Positions 62,859 through 64,000 of a DNA stretch of 64,000 bases are shown one piece after another. Under the pieces are notes generated by a model, which ran no database searches, had not been told where the DNA came from, and worked only from the letters and a program-made list of their open reading frames with translations. The translations under genes and the position numbers were made by a program. Every line of letters begins with the position of its first letter. The first letter of the stretch is position 1. The DNA comes from Lingula anatina (Eukaryota > Animalia > Brachiopoda), in assembly GCA_051362555.1 (NCBI GenBank), contig CM120649.1:13826001-13890000 (forward strand). Reading direction: 5' to 3'.

Positions 62859-64000
62859 TTAATTGTTTACATCAATTTGCGGCTGTAAAAAGCTTTTTAA
62901 AAAGCTGCAGCCGCTTCTGCCAGCCACACATTATAGCGCATTACCGCCTCTGTTCTATGAAAATCTAATGATCAGTTTGACGAACGCGTTCAATTCTACT
63001 AATTGCTGTATTTCCAGCGTGTTTATAACACAATTACCAGTTGTGGCAGGATTACAAATTAGTTTTCTACGTTGCCGTGCTCGAAAGCTCTTTCTTCCAC
63101 TTAAGCTAATGAAAGTTGCTTCTGTTTTAAGTCCCTTCCAATAATGAAAGTACCATGCACTGCTATACCAGTTTATGTATTAGTATACATGACAGATCAA
63201 ATGTGCTATAAAGTATAAGTATACTAATATATCGCCTATATTCATCCAAATGGAAAATTACTTTTTTGAATTATTCAAAAGTCTTTCTATTAACCTGATT
63301 CAATTAATCGGCATGATCGACGTCCCATTCCGAACAAAACTGGCATTTGGATGGAGATTCGCACATTTTCCAACATCAACGGCCCCTTTGTGTTGTTTTA
63401 TTTCTAACGTTTAGCTGGCTCTCTCTTCACGGCTATAGGTGGAACAAATTTAACTGTGTCAAAGAAGGTACATGTATTCCAGAACAAAGACGCTTTGGCA
63501 ACCACCACTGTAGTGATTGGCATCAGCAGGGGGACTAAAAGTTAAAATGAAACTTGAGCAATTTCAGAGATCTTGGATTTCAAACGGTTTTATCTGATTG
63601 CGCCAATGGTTCTTAAACTGACTGTTCGGCACATGGTACCATGTAATATGACTTCAAAGGAGCCAACTGTACACGAAGCACATTCCACTGTGAATACCAG
63701 TTGTTGAGAAAACATTTTTAAAGCACCACTAGCGACAGCGTGTAATTTTCACAAAAATGAAAATATCTCTGAAAGTGGTTATTCGGGCTGAAGAGCAAAA
63801 TTGGCCTTTTGTAAAGCACACCAGGGACTCAGACAAGTTAATTGTGAAGAATAGTTGCATAATTCCATCGAATGCAAGAATAACCAATTCAGGTACATTT
63901 ATAGAACAGTAATCTGTTGAGTCTAGACTCGTTTGCTAGGTAAAAGATCAATAAAGCAAACGACTTTAAAAAGCAGCGGAGCAATTTTCACATACTTTTG

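Noticed and set aside
62860-64000. CpG-richer, coding-like sequence at the window end
   Set aside because: The frames I translated are interrupted by stops and show no recognisable motif; needs BLASTX and the adjacent sequence.

Overview
AT-rich, intron-rich animal genomic DNA. A marine invertebrate such as a mollusc or other lophotrochozoan is likely, but that is inference. Reading the sequence with splice sites shows: (1) a small 5-exon minus-strand gene for a PYM1/eIF2A C-terminus-like coiled-coil protein (4423-6617). (2) A complete ~15.7 kb Mutator/MULE-type DNA transposon (7253-22970) with 270-bp TIRs and a 10-bp target duplication (TGATGCGTAT). It encodes one intact 5-exon, 939-aa protein fusing a PHD finger, an OTU/vertnin-like cysteine-protease domain and a MULE DDE transposase; this is the main find, and the ORF track does not show it as one gene. 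(3) A 23-coding-exon ICE1 (little elongation complex subunit 1) gene (23392-57615) with a U12-type AT-AC intron. (4) Three antisense genes with intron-less CDSs nested in ICE1 introns: an Ig-TM protein, a UDP-glycosyltransferase and a TRIM-NHL. (5) Many LINE relics, Harbinger-like MITEs, Helentron-associated elements and a TTAA-flanked TIR element. All calls come from manual reading; no database searches were run.
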